A DNA stretch of 63,165 bases, the filler included, from Saprolegnia diclina VS20 (lineage: Eukaryota): NCBI RefSeq assembly GCF_000281045.1. It is 5 parts of 2 records of this genome, joined end to end, with 100 filler letters (N's around TTAATTAATTAA, not from the genome) between each part and the next. Parts side by side here need not be neighbours in the genome. Positions count along the whole stretch, not along the records: positions 21,117 to 50,986 come from NW_008246078.1; 4 more parts are not named here. One strand, 5' to 3'. The position numbers and the translations under genes were made by a program. The first letter of the stretch is position 1. Each line of letters starts with the position of its first letter. The notes beneath the pieces were generated by a model. That model did no database searches and had not been told where the DNA came from. It saw nothing but the letters and a program-made list of their open reading frames with translations. This document shows, one piece after another, positions 33,010 through 46,049 of the stretch.

Positions 33010-34109
33010 TTATTTCGTGTTCAGAAACGAGTAGACATACGCTAGCAACCGCGTTTGAAATTCGCGGCAGCGTGCTCGGACGACGCGCTCGAGAGCAGTG
33101 ATATTCGGCAGCGTCTCTAGCGCTCTTGTGAGCTCGATCAAATCAATGGGACCATGGGACGACCGCGGGTGGTCCATGGAAAAATAGACTTTGACGCATG
33201 TTGTCGTCTCGGTTGCTTTCGCCATCGATATCCTACGACCATAAATCGCTAAATCCCATATTTAAAGAGCAAAACGTACCAGAGTTGACAGCCCGCGGTC
33301 CAGAGCGGCATATCGATCGGTTGCATCTCGTCGTTGGTCATCGTCCGCATGACAATTGTCGTGGCTTTAGACTCACGCTGCGTGAAGCGGCCGTAAATGC
33401 AGTTGCCCACCAGCCACTGGTTTGGACTCAGCGCCGTCGTCTCGCGAGCGTAGGCTATGTCAACCTCGGGCGACGTGACGACCACCGCCATCGTCGACGA
33501 GTGAACGGCGTACTCGGCTTGCCCCATGACCCACGCGTCCACAATCGAGTCGATCGTGTGCGGTGAAAAGAGCTGAGCAACGCCCACAAACCCGCCGGTG
33601 GGCTGTGCGCGGACAAACGAGGCATCTTCGTTCCCAAAAGCATCGGCATGTGCGAACGCCGTCTCGCGCTGGTGGTACATTTGCATCGCGAGCCACTTGA
33701 TGGCAAAGTGGCGGGGCAAGACATCGCCGGCAAAGAGGCGTGGCGACCGCGACCAGTGGTGCGCCGACGTCTACTCACGCATATCAACCTCAAATTCAAA
33801 ACCAATTCAGTTTCGTACCGAGTCCAACGTGCTCTGAATCCACGCGTGCAAGAGGTCCAGGACGGCGACGTGGTCGTTGACACGGCGCCAGAGCTGGCGG
33901 TTGGTGTGCACGCACTGCAGCGTCTCGTCGGCGAGCGCCCGGACAACGTCGGCCCACGGCAGTAGCGTCGTCTGTCGCGTCTGGAGATGCCGGAGCTTCT
34001 CTTGCAGCGTGTGCATGTACTGGGTGAGGTACTCGTTCTCGGTCATGACGAGCTTGGGCGGCAGCATCGCGCGGGGCTTCTTTGTCGACTCGGCCACCGC
34101 CATGCCCAT
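33010..34109 (-). CDS. Oomycete coiled-coil + START-like domain protein (M96-like family by resemblance), copy 1, two introns
   Basis: Introns 33771-33818 and 33233-33279 restore a single frame. Motifs LLPWADVVRAL and RHFAIKWLAMQMYH are shared with the paralog at 36726-37841. The family name is inferred. Confidence 0.7.
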
Positions 34110-36725
34110 GCTTGCGCGCAGTGCACGATGTGAAATGACTGCGGCGGACTTTCTTCGACTTGGAGTTGTGCGTCACACGAGCAGCATGTTTCTTCCAGCC
34201 ACCACGTGGCGCCTGGCGATCGTCTCATTGACCACGGTTACTGACTAGATTCGGCAGCAGATGGCTGCAATTGAGGCGCAAAATGGCAACTTCACCATCG
34301 TCCTTAGCATGCACAACGCCTCACGACATGGGTGCAGAACACACCTGCGTCAAGAGGGTCCGACGCCTCCGTTGGCCGAGTTTATGGAGTCCTGCGTGCG
34401 GGTCCAAGACCACGAAACTGCGCGACGTCACTTCTGTTTCAGAAGATGACCGAGTCACTCTCGACCACGTGGTTTTCGTGGGAATCCCACCGCTGCGAAA
34501 GATATGACACGGCAATCTCAGTCCAGGTCGAGCGGCATATCGCAAGCCGTGACGGGCATCCTTGCTACCAATCGGAACCGTACGGTTCGTGCGCGTCGAC
34601 AGACTGTGCGAAACGCACTAGAATAAGAGCAAGCGTGCCACTCTCTCGAAAGGTCGTATGCACGCCGCAGCTAACCGCACAAGCAACGAATCAACCCAAA
34701 AGAGATGCACATGATTACCGGCACGTGGCCTGCCACAGGCATGACTGTAGCATTGCCAGCATTTGGCGACGAGCTAGCATCCCAACGTTATCGAAGGTCG
34801 CTTGAAATGGTATATTTGTAAACGGGATAGCCGTCACGTCGCCTTGCGGCCGTGTCGGTGCAACACCACGCTTTCTCATTCGATGCTTTCGTGTCCCAGT
34901 GACCATGGTTGTCGTGTCGTGGCCACGGCACAACGCAACGCATGTACACTCGAGGTAGCCACTTCGATACTCGACGTCGACAGTCTTTAAAAACAAAAAT
35001 AGTTTGTGGCCCTCGTGGACAAACGCAATAGGAAAGGATCCTCGGCACGTGCTCGCTGTTAGACTGCTGGTCGTAAATAATTATTGATAATTACAAAACG
35101 GACATGCAACGGCGACATGCCAGAGGCGAGAGAAGTGATCTCGCCGACGTTGATGGGTGACATTTTGCATGCCCCACCACTCATGGGCTGCATGGGCAAC
35201 GACGGTGCTACTAGTGGCTACACTAGTATTAGTTTTGCTCGTTGCGTCTGGTCACACTCTTGTCGCAATTTTTTGCAAATTTCCCACACCACTCGGCGAG
35301 TCTGGACTTCCGACCCACTACAATATATCGAGGGTGTGTGCTGCACACTGTCTGGCTCGCCCGAAACGGCCGAGGCGCCCGTCGTGACACCCGAAGCGGC
35401 CCGTTCTTGACCAAGATACATCTCCACCACTTGATGCTGAATACCCAAGCGACGTGCCACTTCCAAATGATGAACGCCCTGCGCCACGACGCCTGGCTTC
35501 GTGACCACTTCGTCCCGGCTTGCGCCATCCATACGCCTCGCCTTCAACACGGCTAAGCCTCGCCGCTGCTGCCGTCAAGCACACCACCCTCTGAATCGAA
35601 AGTCCACCCCCCAAAAACAGTTCAGTGTAATTTGTACTAGTATCTAAAGAGACTCACTTCAACAACAATCCATCGAGGGTCAATAGACATGACAATCAAA
35701 GTGTTTGTAAACGCACTCGTTCAAGTCGTGCGTGCTCGAGCAGGTGGCCGTGCCGAGACGGGCCAAGAGGCTCTCTTGAAAAAGTACAATGCCAAAAGAA
35801 AAATGGACACCAATGGAAGAACGTAGACGAGCCTATCGAAAGTAGAAAAACCACTACGTACTACTTACTACCTGGGGACATGCAAAGTCTGCACGCCCGA
35901 TTGACTGCATAGCAGACAATCTCGCTGCTTTTTGGTTATGAAGCACAGCTCCATAATGTGGAGCTGTACTAACACATATTATGAGTTGTAATACCAAACG
36001 CTTACCAGATGCCATCAAAACAACCACGTTGATCTGCTGTCTCGTGCAATATCTTCACAGGCGGAACTGCATCGCATTGTAGATGTCAATTGTTATCTAC
36101 CGGGGTCTGGCGCGGTACTAGAACAATTTTGAACGACGGGAAGAAGTGGAAGCGGTTTTCCGAGCGAGCAAGAAGACCTCATTTAGAAGCGCATTATATT
36201 CGAGTGCAGAGCCATTCAGCTCAAGCCATGCATCACGAATGTGTTGTGGTTGATAAAACGTAACCCCGCCCCGCGGACCACCTGGTGCGATTCAAAAGTG
36301 CGCGTATTTTGGTCGAAACATGAGCGGGGCCAACAACGGCTAAAATGGTGGAGAAATGCACGGACATTGCCCGGAATTACCCCCAACCCCGGGAACACTT
36401 TATCGGGGCCAATAGTGCCGGTTCGGGATAAATTTGTTGCTTTGCGCGTTTTTCCGCGGCTTTTTCTGCCGTTTTGAGACCCTGCGCATTATCCACTAAA
36501 ACCAAAATCCGCGCAAATTTATACTTATTTCACGGACCACTGGCATAGTAGACACCAGCGCGGTGGTCGCTCCGTCGTAGTTTGCCCTGGATAGAGGATA
36601 GGTACGACGTCTGTTATCCGCGAAACACCCATTCTGCGTGTCGAAATGGAACAAACGACCACACAACACGACGGCGATGCGTCACAATTGACATTCGCAT
36701 AATCCGCACATGCCACCGCTGTTAA

Positions 36726-37841
36726 TTAGCTCTGCAGTTGCTGCTCGAGGCGGTTGCGCGCGTGCACCGCGTCCAAAACGATCTGCAAATGCGCGTCAAA
36801 GATCGCTCGCAGGTGGCTTTGCCGCGTAAAGAAGCGGTGTTGTAGCCGCTGGACGAGCACGGCCTTCTCGCACGCTGGGAGGTTGGTCCATTTCACAAAG
36901 TCTTGGAGTCGCACAAAGCCGCGGGCGGTCGCGGGGTGGCCCATCACATAGACGCTTCGGACGCGAGTGCCGCCCTCCATCGGCTCGAGCACATTCCTAC
37001 ACCAACATGAAGCATTGCCAATGAAGAACTATTGCAGTTGTACCATTGTTTGCTGTCGACGCTCCATTCGTCAGGCTCCAGCGGGTACATTTCGTCATGC
37101 AAAAGGGCGCGCACGACAATGACCGACTGGTGTAGTTCGTGGTATCGGCCGTAGACGCTGTGGCCCAAAATCGCTTGGTGGTCGCGTCCAACGTCCTCGC
37201 GGGTGTAGACAATATCATTCTCATCTCGTATCCAGTCGTCGAGGACGAACGATCGCGACTGCTGGCAGTATGCAAACGACCGCTCGGCGATCCAGTAGGC
37301 AGTCGATGCGGTCGCAAGGTCGCACTGGAGCACACGCGTGCACACCCCTTGGATTTGAAATAGGCTTTTCTCGCAGCTCACTTGGTAGCGCGCCGAGGGC
37401 AGTTGGGATATCGAGTCGCTCAGAACTTTGCCGACGCAATGGTAGAGCTGGTCGGCGAGCCACTTGTAACCAATGCGCCGGGTGCTCTGGGGTCCGTTAA
37501 ACAAGTAGGATTCGGACCAGCTCGGTTGGTGCGACGGTGTCTACAGCCGTCGAGTTGGATCAAAATAAGAGGTATCGTAGACGTACCGGTGCGGGCGCGG
37601 TTGCATACACCCAGCGCTTGAGGACACTCACGAGGAGGGCGTGGGCGTCGAGTTGTTGGCGCAGAGAGCGGTGATCGCGAACTGCCTCGAGCATCTCTTC
37701 TTGGAGCGCGCGGGCAACGTCGGCCCACGAGAGCAGCATCGATCGGCGCGCGCGCAAGACCACAAGGCGGCGCTGGAGCTGGTGCGCATACGCCGACAGC
37801 GCGTCCTTCTCCGAGACGCGGTCGTCTTGCGGTTGCTCCAT
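36726..37841 (-). CDS. Oomycete coiled-coil + START-like domain protein, copy 2, two introns
   Basis: Start MEQPQDD; introns 37541-37586 and 36997-37043; LLSWADVARAL, RRIGYKWLADQLYH, VIVVRALLHDEMYPL. Confidence 0.7.
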
Positions 37842-38639
37842 CACGGTACGAAGACGGAATGGCACAACTGGATGCGTCGTCGTTGCCCATAGGGTTGTCA
37901 GTGCGGTAATCGAACGTACCAGATGTTGACGTCCGTCGTACGGACACGGCTGCAGCACCGCGCTCGTAGGCACTGGACGAATGAGAATGACATCACGTCC
38001 GTGTCCGTAACAGCGACGGCAACTTGTCCTTTATCTTGCTGCATTGCTTGTCACGCGTACGTCACTTGGTCCTCTCGATGGCGTTGGGCGATGACTCAAC
38101 CGCCTCGTCACGGCAGCTGGTGCCACGCCCAAATCGAAGTCTGTCATGGCCAACGCATTGCTCGATTGGCTCGTCGTCGCTCCTGGCTGCGAAAGCTCGC
38201 AGCTGCGACACCTGTAGCGACGATGGCTCCTCGTGACGCCCGAGAGTCGGCGTCGTAGTCGTCATAGTCGTACTGCCGGATGCGCAGCGGCTTTGTCACG
38301 GTGTCATTGTCGTATCAGCGAAATGCGAGTGCCAACATCCGAACGCAGCATCGCGCGCTTTTGTCGAGGGTCGTTAAATTTGAGCTGCGGCCCTTCGTCG
38401 TGTCCTCCGTGATATTCATTCGAGCTCACCATCACTTGTTGCACCCATTGGAGCACACGTCGTGTACGCTCCCTGGTCCTTCTTGTTCTGGGATTGGCAT
38501 CACGAGATTGCGCAACGTATGTAGGGTGATCACGGAGGTGGCCGCGTCAGTCGTTAGTCAGGTCGTTCGTGACACTACCTCTGAAGAGATTGAACATTCG
38601 CTCCATTTCATTTCGCGGCTACTAGTAGTTTGTACGTAT

Positions 38640-39972
38640 CTAGAAGAGCTTGCCAGCGACGATGCCGGCAAAGACGAGCGCGCCAAAGTACTTGTTGGAC
38701 GCAAACCGCGTCTGGAGATTGATTGGGTCGTCGAGCTTGGCCGTGTTGACTTGCCACGCGAGGTGGCCCGCGGCGACCGCGAGCGCCCCGTAGAACGGAC
38801 TGCCCATGTCCACCATGTACCTAGATGCCATGGCTTTAACACTCGTATAGCAGCGAGAGACTACCCTGAGAGGCCAAGACCGGCAATCGTAGCAACCGAG
38901 AATGCGTTCAGAATCGGCTGCGTCTTGTCGGCAAAGAGGAGCGCAGTCGACTTGACGCCAATGCGCTTGTCGTCCGTCTTGTCCTACATGCAAACTCGAT
39001 TGTAATTTCCGAGTCCTTTTTTTAAAACGAATGTCGAGACTACCTGGTGCGCGTACAATGTGTCGTACACGAGCGTCCACGAGACACCGGCCGCATAGAG
39101 CGGCAGCACAACGCTCCAGTCGCAGCTGCCGTGCACCGCCGCCCACCCGACGAGCGCACCTAATGATCGCGTCAGAGCGTGCCACGTCACGACCAAGGGA
39201 TGTACCATAGTTGAAGGTGAGGCCGAGCATGGCTTGCGGCCAGTACGTCACCCGCTTCATGTACGGGTACGCAGCGACGAACGCGAGCGACGACGCGCCG
39301 AGCCCGATCGTATACGGGTTGAGCTGGACGAGCACGCCCAGCCTAAACCATTGGCGTCCATTGCCCCTCTATTTCTTCTTTTCAACAAGAGCGCAAGGCG
39401 TACCCGGCCGACAATTGAAGCGCGAGGAAGCGCCAGGCTTGCGGGTACGTGAGCGCGCCGGACGCAAGCGGCCGTTGGTTCGTACGCTCGACCTGCTTGT
39501 CAAAGTCCTTGTCCCACATATCGTTGATTGTGCAGCCGGCGCCACGCATGATGAGCGCGCCAGCGGCAAAGAGCCCGAGCAGCTTGGGGTCCGGGAAGGC
39601 GCCGACGGGAGCGGCGAGCGCTGTGCTCCAAAACGTTGGCCATAGCAGCATGTACGTGCCTACCCATGCATATCGTACATTGCAGAATCAAGCAGCAAGA
39701 TGGTTCATACCGGCTGGGCGGTTCAAGCGCGCGAGTTGGATGTACGGCAGCATCCAGCGCGGCGCGTGCTGCTCGGCCCACGTCTGCTTTTCAATGGCAA
39801 ACTTGGCATCGGGCTTGGCATCGTCGGGCTTGTCTGTTGGCAACGATGGCAGCGAGCTCATGCTTCGGAGCATCAGCGGCAGTCGGCGCGGCGTCACTGA
39901 GCCAAGGCGGTGGACAGATGAGCGTAGGACGCAAGCCGTCGCGATAGACCGGCGCGCCAAGAGAGCTGCCAT
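38640..39972 (-). CDS. COQ2: 4-hydroxybenzoate polyprenyltransferase (UbiA family), mitochondrial, multi-exon
   Basis: Arg/Ser-rich presequence; [73 protein letters not shown]. Confidence 0.95.
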
Positions 39973-40483
39973 GGTTCACGTTTGGTGATTGCGCCGAGTT
40001 TGCACCAGCACTCGCAACCGGATGCATATCCGGATAAACACACAGACAGGCGGTCGCGATTGGATGGATGCACGCAACGTTGGACCCAAAACTGTCGTGG
40101 GCACCACAGGCTGACGGGTGCGCACAAGTACATATACATGCGCAACGTCCTTAGCCTATCGTAGAAAGGTATGGCGTGCTTGCATATCTGCATGCTCACC
40201 GATAGACCATTTTTCGAACACCAAATCAATAATATTTGGGTGCAATAAGTCTGAGGGCAATGAATCGACGGTCGCCTTCGCCTCTGCGAGCAACACCAGC
40301 ACCACATTTCAACGGCCAGCCCGTCCTGGGCGGATTCATATGCCCAAGTCCCATGACAACTTGTTGTAGCAAGTCTCTTTGCACAAGGAATGCACATGCG
40401 CAACTTGAATCGCGCCGTTCATCAACCACAGTGTAAATATAGCAAGTGGAATTCGGCGCCACTCCGCGAAACGACGCCGCCGC

Positions 40484-41032
40484 ATGACACCGGCCACGCA
40501 CCACGGGTCTGTCTATGGCGCGTTCGCCGAGCTCGTGACCAAAGATGACTGCGCAAAAGTGCCCACCGCCAAGTACCACCTCGTGCTTCTCGCATCGGCC
40601 AGCCTGGCCCTCTACGCCCGGCAGCCCAAAGCGTGTGCCTGCACAGAGACAACGTCGTGCGTACCGTGCCCGCACGTGGCATCGATCCATGACTTTTCTC
40701 TCTTGGGTACGATTCCGCTCCATACGCTTTGTACCATCTATCTACCCTACTCCACGCGCGGGTCGGCTGTTGCGACGCGCCGCAGCGACCTCCTGCTGCG
40801 CACGACCGACCAGACTAGTCTCTGGCTCGCGTTTCCCTATAACGCCGCACGCGGTGCCTTCTTGGACGCGCTGGTCACCGCCATGACGCCGTTGACCGTG
40901 CCGGTTGAGAGCCTCGACCTCGATGACGTCGAGAACGCGGCACTTATCCCGCACGCCCGCCACGGCATACGCTACACCAACCCCTCGTACGCCGCCATCG
41001 GTCGTCGACGACTAAGCAATATGTTCATATAG
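40484..41032 (+). CDS. Hypothetical protein, possibly PH-like fold
   Basis: Beta-strand pattern (YHLVLLASASLALY, LLGTIPL, LLLRT, LWLAF) ending in the helix ARGAFLDALVTAM, as in PH domains. Coding-type codon bias. Confidence 0.5.
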   Translation: MTPATHHGSVYGAFAELVTKDDCAKVPTAKYHLVLLASASLALYARQPKACACTETTSCVPCPHVASIHDFSLLGTIPLHTLCTIYLPYSTRGSAVATRRSDLLLRTTDQTSLWLAFPYNAARGAFLDALVTAMTPLTVPVESLDLDDVENAALIPHARHGIRYTNPSYAAIGRRRLSNMFI

Positions 41033-41042
41033 GCCGACCAAG

Positions 41043-42366
41043 ATGGCCGCATATGTCCCCCGACGCCACGACGAAGCAACAAGCGACGACGAAATGTCCG
41101 AGCCCGAGGTCGACCTAGATTTGTGTCATCGGCACACGCCAGCGTATGAGGCCCAGATCATGACGCTCTACATGCAGCTGGATGCGAGAAGCAGTACCGC
41201 ATCGTCCTCCTCGACCGCCTCGGTGCTGCACGCTGCGCTCCGGGTTGCGCTGGCGCAGCATCTCAAGTACGCCTTGGAGCTGGAAGCGTCCCAGGCACCG
41301 AGTGCGGTTGCTCCGCAACCAATGGCAGCGGCGCTTCTCTACATGGTGCTCGAGTTTGCACTGGGTCTCGAGCTTGTCGACGTGCACATCGCGGCAACGC
41401 TAGCGATCGCAGTCGTTGACACGAAGCTGAGCCGGTTCACCCAAGCCCACGCGCACGTCGAGACAGGGCTTCGGTGTGTGACCAACGGTTCTCAACTCGA
41501 TTGTGCATTGCATTGAGATAGGCTTGGCATTGAGATTGAGCACCGGACGCTGCTGTTTGTGGCCTACCTCTGTCTCTGCGATCTTCACGTCGCGCAGCGC
41601 CACGTCGAGCGCGCGACTCAGTTCCTCCACCACGCCAAGGACTTTGCGCTACCAGCGTGGAAGCTGAGCTTTCACGCCAACCTCCAAACGCTCCAGGCCA
41701 TCCCGGTACATCGACCTGTCGTTGACGACAGTCAAGAGTATGAAACTAACGCTGTAGCCGGTGCCCTTTTCCGAAAAGCTCGAGGCGTGGTGGGGCCTCT
41801 CGGACGACCGCCCCAAGCGCCCCGAGGTCCGAACGCGGTTTGGCGCCGCCGTCCTCGAGTCGCTGAGTGTCGACCAGCTACTGCTGGCGCTGCCGCCCCG
41901 CAGCGTCCTCATCAAAGGTAGACTATTGTCTTGTGTCACGACGACCGATACTTGATTGGGTGATCGTGTGCTCTAGTCGACAAGCTCGTGCAGTATCGTA
42001 TCGGGTGCGACGACCACTGGACAGTACGGGAGCTCCTTCGGACGACGATCCAGCGCCATGAACGCGGCCAGTCGTCGTCCAAGTGCATCGTTGGCTTCCG
42101 GGATCCATCCGTTGGTCGCAGCAACGACCGCGTGCTGCCGTTGCACTTGCCCTTGCGCCGCTGTGACCTCCACCTTGGCCTTCACGCCGTCATCGAGCCG
42201 CGCTCAACGCTGCACGTACGCCCCTCTGCACCTTGTACCACCTGGCACCCTCACACGTTTCTAGGCACCGAGCGTCGCCACGCCCTCGGGGTACATCTCT
42301 TGCTCGCTCTGCCAGCAGTCGATTCCATTCGACCTTGTCGAAGAACACTCGCACAGTTGCTATTAG
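41043..42366 (+). CDS. Multi-exon hypothetical protein with TPR-like helix pair, ubiquitin-like segment and C-terminal UBZ4-type zinc finger
   Basis: Exons chained by short GT-AG introns (last 42216-42264). The terminal exon encodes CSLCQQSIPFDLVEEHSHSCY* (C-x2-C-x11-H-x3-C). Internal exon boundaries are approximate. Confidence 0.6.
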
Positions 42367-42434
42367 CAAGAGCCGCCGCCATCCGAGTCGATGTGAGCAT
42401 GATGTCACACGCGTTGTCTTGTGTTTCTTGCGTC

Positions 42435-43928
42435 TTAAAGTGTCAGTGTCACGGGCAGCACCGAGAGGTCCTTGAGGTTCAACAGCACAAACGTGCCCGT
42501 GCTTGCAAACGACGGCACGCACACAAGGCGCGTGATCTGTTGCTCGGGACCTAATACCACCTATGACAACGTGTCACAGATGCGAGTCTACCGGTGACGA
42601 GCTTGGTCGCAAAGGCCGGCTGGTTGCCCGCAAACAGGACATGCGGACACGCATCGAGGACAAAGACGTCGTTGTCTGGCGACGGGTAGCAGTCTACATG
42701 GAGGCACATAGCCACACGATACAAGGACAAGGGTATACCGAGAATATCCGGTGCCGTCGGCGCCAAGTGCCGCCACAACAGCAGGTGCTCGAGCGCATCG
42801 ATGGGCGACTGGTCCAGCGAACACTGCAAGACGCTGTCGACGGGCTGGCCCGACGAGCCAACGAACGAAACACCGTCGATCGACGAGGCGTACGGGTTTG
42901 GGACGAGCGAGCACGTAGCAAAGCGCATGGCGTGGGGAAGGAGACACGCAGCGAGCGGCTGCTGCGGCAGCATGACGTTGCTTGGGTCCCACGCACCCGG
43001 AAGGATGTCCACTGGCATCGTTGACGTGAGCGATGAGAGCACAAGGTCGAGCTGCTGCAGCGGCTTGACTTCGAGCTCGCTGGCGCTCGATTTCTAGCAT
43101 TTGGATCGGTCTAGAGCTAGGATGGTGGCAGGTACCTTGACCGGCTCGAGAAGCACGTCTCTTGCAGGCTTGCTCAAGGAGTTGCCGGCAATGATCGTGT
43201 GCACAATGGAGCTCACAAAAGCCTTTTCATCGTCGGCGCCAAGGCGACCGGCGAGGTAGTCAATGGCCAGCGCCGTCGCCACCGGGTGCTGCGTGACGCT
43301 GGACGAGCCAAAGCTCAAGCCCGACAGCAAGGCGACGTAGGCGTCGTCCGAGCCTACATGCGCATCGTATGTACATGATTGCAGATATAGAGATGGAAAC
43401 AGACGTACGCGCTGGCAGCGGCGTCGGTTGCGGGGCGGCCGCGGGCAGGAAGACACGCGTGACGGCAAAGCCTTCGCCATCGGGGCCCATCTCGCCTTGA
43501 ACGCCGAGAATGACACCGGTCACGAGCGCTGCGATGTCAACCTTGCCCTTGAGCGCGACGCGGCCGCTCTCGTCTTCGAGGAAGAGCTCGTCGTTCTCGG
43601 ACGAGTACGCGTGCTCGGTCTCTTCAATGGCCAGGATTTCGTCAGCGACAAACTCGTCAAGCAAGTTTGGCTTGTTCTTGAGCAGCTTGAAGACTGTGCC
43701 CGTGATGATGCAGACGTCGCCAACGCGCAGGTCGATGATCTTGGGCAGGATCGAGACGCCGGCGGCCGCCACGTCCGGGTCGGCGTGGACGGCTGCGCGG
43801 ACCTGTGGCTCCAGCGCCTGGAGGCGGCTCATGTACATGTGGGCGAACTGCATGTCGAAGGTCTTCTTCTTCATGACGAAGCGTTCATGGGCGCGGGCGG
43901 TCGTCGACGGCTTGCGCTCGTGGGCCAT
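42435..43928 (-). CDS. POLD2: DNA polymerase delta small subunit, multi-exon
   Basis: QFAHMYMSRL, LFLEDESGRV, IIAGNS, VDILPGAWDPSNVMLPQQPL, GSSGQPV, WRHLAPTAPD, CPHVLFAGNQ, last exon RLVCVPSFASTG...TL*. Confidence 0.96.
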
Positions 43929-44792
43929 GGCTGTGGTCGCGGGAAACTGGTTGCGCGGCCAATTCTCTCTGAAACAGCATAATTATCGATATTAAATGCT
44001 ACAGGATGATTAGAGTAAGTGCGAATTGAGTCAATTGCATTTTAATATCTTACGCTATGTATAGAAAATACTATTTTTATTGCAATAGCAGCATACCGCC
44101 CGATTTGGATACGGACTTTAGAGGGCCAAACGGTTGGGATTGGCCAAAACGATATCAATATCGACGACCCCAGACCGACTGGCTAAATGCACGCAATTTC
44201 CCACACCGCAACAGCTTCAAGCTGGCGCCTCGTCGCTCCGTAGCGAGCCTTCACCACACGCAGGCGAGTGTTCTATACACTCAGCTTGGTATCGCCTTGC
44301 GATTTGACCCTCCGCCACCGTCGCTCGTATGTGCGACTGCCCTCGCACCGCTCCTTTAGCCCTTCGAGTTGAAGTTGGCGGCAACGGCAACCTGCCGCGA
44401 GAGGGCAGTATGCGCCCGCAAGATTTCTGGTATTGCATTCTCAAGAGAATCGACCCAAGTCACTACTACGCAGTACCCTAGCACCCTAGTGCTAGTACTA
44501 GTAAACTAGAGTCACTCCCAGTGTGTGTACGTCCAGCCTGCTACTATAGCACGCTTGATGGCCGCGTCGCGCAGCCGTTCATTCATTCGAAATGCAGCCC
44601 AACAAGAGACCATGAAGATACCTTGTTTCCGTTGGAGCGCCGAGCGCCATGCAGCCGAGCTAGCGGCCACCGTGACAACAAGCTTGGTGCAACCGGCCAG
44701 TTGCGTGTGCGCAGCCATCGTAAAACCTGTGAGAATGCATATCCAGTGTGACAAGCAGGCCTTTCGCCGGCTTCATTTTGTCTGGTGGAGAG

Positions 44793-45269
44793 ATGGCGAC
44801 GAACCTCAATCACGCGTTCCTGCAGGCAGCGCTCTCGGTCCGTGGCGCGGCCCCGACGCTCAGCCACAAGCAGCAGGTCACGCGCTTGTACAAGCGCTCG
44901 CTCAAGCTCCTCGACAGCTGGGCCATCGACCGCCGCCTCTGGAACGACGAAGCGACCAAGATCCGCGCCCAGTTTGACGCCAACAAGTTTGCGTCGGCGG
45001 CCGTGGCCGAGCGCCTCATTCGCGACGCGCAGGCCAAGCTCGTCGAGTTTACGCATCCGGACCCGTACGTGGTCGTGCACATGCCCGGCGGCTCCAAGTT
45101 CATGCGCAACCCGCCGCTGCCGCTCGAGGTGTGCTTTCCGGATGGCGTCATCCCCGACGACGTCGAGGTCTCGCCGCTCAAGGCCATTAATATTGACACG
45201 ACGCCGTACCGCGAGGACGAACTCAAGGAAACCGTCCTCGTCGACTTCCCGACCAAGTCGTCGTACTAG
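44793..45269 (+). CDS. NDUFB9: NADH:ubiquinone oxidoreductase B22 subunit (LYR family)
   Basis: LSHKQQVTRLYKRSLK (LYR-like), IRAQFDANK, HPDPYVVVHMPGGSKFMRN. Confidence 0.9.
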   Translation: MATNLNHAFLQAALSVRGAAPTLSHKQQVTRLYKRSLKLLDSWAIDRRLWNDEATKIRAQFDANKFASAAVAERLIRDAQAKLVEFTHPDPYVVVHMPGGSKFMRNPPLPLEVCFPDGVIPDDVEVSPLKAINIDTTPYREDELKETVLVDFPTKSSY

Positions 45270-46049
45270 ACGATGCGACGCCTGGCTGCTCTCGTAATGC
45301 AGCACAAGCAATGTCATTTGTTCACTGCCTGTAGTCTTGGCGTCGTGTCCGCGTAGCACGAGCAAGCATGCAGCCATCATGAACCTCGGTTGGCCTGGGT
45401 CTAGCGTTGGTGCATTGCTGGTATCACTTGGAAGAGGCTACGTCCTGCCTCGCCTGTCAGCTCCACAGACTGAGATTTAGAGCGTCGCGCCAGCGTCAAC
45501 GACAGTGCAGCCGTGCCCGCTGCTGTCAGCTCAAGCTAGCCGTGCTGCGCACCGACGTTCGAACTTGCTGCGTCAACAGCCCTGCCGACGCTTACTTTTG
45601 CTGATAGAGCGATAGATGCCTGTCCTGTGCGAGTGAATCTTGCGTGCTTCGGTCCGACGAGCCGAGGTGATTGGCCTCTTCGACGTACGACAGCCGTTCG
45701 CTGCCTAGCTAGATGATAGAGCGACTACTGATGGCACTCGAATAAGGAGCTCGTACAAGTCATCATGCCACCTACGATGGGCTATCACCGTATCGAGAGC
45801 TGGCTTCGGATTCAGCGCAGAGTGTTGGCAACCGTCCTGGGTGGTTGGGTTGCTTCTGCCTCGTTTGGCGCCTGTCCCGCCAGCCTCGCGATCACCCATG
45901 CATGCACGCAGCGCATCTGTCACATGGGCGAAAGCTGCCATCATCCGTCCAGCCTCCGCGATTCGATGTGCTTGTACATGGTAGTGCGCAGAGAGAGTAC
46001 GACAAAAACAGTCATGCCCAACAGCAGCTTGTGGTGTGGGTTGGCTACA

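Noticed and set aside
31850..36200. Intergenic stretches with short ORFs suggesting transposase or retroelement remnants
   Set aside because: No DDE, RT or integrase motif could be recognised in any frame.
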